Part shown: positions 6,241 through 7,355 of the stretch, piece by piece | How positions within the stretch are numbered: the stretch's first letter is position 1 | How the letters are laid out: every line of letters starts with the position of its first letter | Assembly: GCA_000004695.1 (NCBI GenBank) | Contig: CH709171.1 | Coordinates: 1-7,355 of the forward strand | DNA from: Dictyostelium discoideum | Lineage: Eukaryota | Direction of reading: 5' to 3' | Length of the DNA: 7,355 nucleotides | Made by a program: the position numbers and the translations under genes | Notes under the pieces: model-generated | Told to the model about the DNA's origin: nothing | What the model saw: the letters and a program-made list of their open reading frames with translations, nothing else | Database searches by the model: none

Positions 6241-6839
6241 TGATGCTTTTTAAAAAGGTAATTTTAAAGATATTTTTAAGGTCATTTAAAATTTAATTAA
6301 TTTATAATTTAAAAAAGTTATTTTTAATGTAATTTAAAATTACTTAATAATATGCATGCCACACATGTGACAAACCAAGAGATGGTTTATTTATTTGCCA
6401 TTCAGGTACATTAAGAAAACAAGAAGATATTACAAATTTTCACTCCAACAAACCAAATTATGCTGAATTAAATGCTGATATAGAATAAAAAAAAGTATGG
6501 GAAAAAAAAGCAAAAGATATTGGTATCAAAGGTGTGGGCAGAGGGTGAGTCGAACCTTTGTCCATTAATTATTTAAAAACACAACCAGTCATATTACATA
6601 ATATTTTATTAGGTGTCGCACAAAGATGTTTAAATTACATTTTTGATAAATATAAAAATAAAATTGCAAATTTTTTAAATAATTTAAAAAATGCAAAAAT
6701 AATAGTAACAAACCAAAACCATCAATTTCACTATTTGCAAATAAAACAAGGAAGAGAGAATATTATATTACCTTTTAATATCAATTAAGATTCAAATATC
6801 AAATGATAATTTTTTAATTATGGAACAATTAGTAACTAT

Positions 6840-7061
6840 ATGTTTAAATTATATAGTTACTCTTTTGATGAAAATGATTTAAATTCACTTCAAGTATTAA
6901 TTGAATCGTTTAATGCAAAAGGAAATTTAATTACTGTAACAGAAATAATGAATTTCCACATGTTGTTACATTATCCAATCTATATAGAAAATTGGGTGCA
7001 CCAAAATACACTTCAGCTGAAACTTTTGAAGCACAATTATCAAGAATTAAAAATTATTTAA
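6840..7061 (+). CDS. ATG-initiated ORF (73 aa). It may be exon 1 or the N-terminal part of the downstream gene. It overlaps the long frame that starts at 6914.
   Basis: True ATG at 6840. Protein-like N-terminal half (MFKLYSYSFDENDLNSLQVLIESFNAKGNLITVTEIMNFH). Confidence 0.35.
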   Translation: MFKLYSYSFDENDLNSLQVLIESFNAKGNLITVTEIMNFHMLLHYPIYIENWVHQNTLQLKLLKHNYQELKII

Positions 7062-7355
7062 ATAATAATACAAATAATAGGGATGAACAATATGAAAGGG
7101 TTACCAAATTAAACATGGTGAAATTTTTTAATTCAGTAGATAAATTAAAAAGTATTGAACCTGAAAGTACAGCATTAATTATTAGTACCAAAATAAAAAA
7201 TCCAGATAATTTAGATAAAATAAAAATTAAATTAGATTCATTATTTCAAAATTATAAAAATTTAACTTTTCACTCATCAATTAAAAATAATAAAGAAATA
7301 TACAATGCTGGTGATGCAGTTGAAGATGCATCATATAATGAACTTTCAGGTAGGG
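6914..7355 (+). CDS. Partial host protein-coding region, open from 6914 to the window end. No stop is reached. Product unknown.
   Basis: A 147-codon open frame in AT-rich DNA where stops are otherwise dense. Dictyostelid-like codon usage. Translation ...SNLYRKLGAPKYTSAETFEAQLSRIKNYL...EIYNAGDAVEDASYNELSGR. Confidence 0.6.

Noticed and set aside
6530-6575. GGGTGAGTCGAACC as a tRNA T-arm
   Set aside because: The flanking sequence cannot form a 5-bp T stem, and there is no acceptor or anticodon arm.
6558-6788. ORF 6558..6788 (+), 76 aa
   Set aside because: The listed start is TTG, not ATG, and there is no internal Met. The sequence is N/K/I-rich low-complexity. It is more likely intergenic or UTR than coding. 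A real small exon cannot be excluded.

Overview
This is an AT-rich eukaryotic window. Codon usage, homopolymer tracts and TTTAAA-rich spacers are typical of a dictyostelid (Dictyostelium-like) genome. A complete ~5.0 kb Ty3/gypsy-type LTR retrotransposon lies on the minus strand at 513-5517. Its two 327-bp LTRs are near-identical (513-839 and 5191-5517), starting TGTAAT and ending CACA in element orientation. A polypurine tract AGAGCGGGGGTGAG abuts the 3' LTR. Domain order is gag (CCHC knuckle), RT (YDDI), RNase H, then integrase (HHCC, DDE, GPY/F). Size and domain order recall D. discoideum DGLT-A; this is from memory and not verified. Pol is broken by a -1 gag/pol overlap with no canonical slippery site, an in-frame TAA between RT and RNase H, a frame break with stops between RNase H and IN, and a frameshift inside the IN core. 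No aspartic-protease domain is recognisable. The 825-bp leader between the 5' LTR and gag is low-complexity (T34 and T22 runs on plus, 9-bp tandem repeats). A 16-bp perfect palindrome sits where a PBS is expected. The element is flanked on both sides by a 425/446-bp direct repeat (A1 79-503, A2 5518-5963). This repeat is built from 11-12-bp TTTAAA-containing tandem units. There is no detectable target-site duplication. A third, degenerate A-like segment with a 23-bp perfect inverted repeat lies at about 6180-6300. A probable host protein-coding gene on the plus strand starts near 6840 and runs off the window end at 7355, with an unresolved frameshift or intron near 6936-6990. The ORF track marks TTG starts as M, so most listed starts are not ATG.
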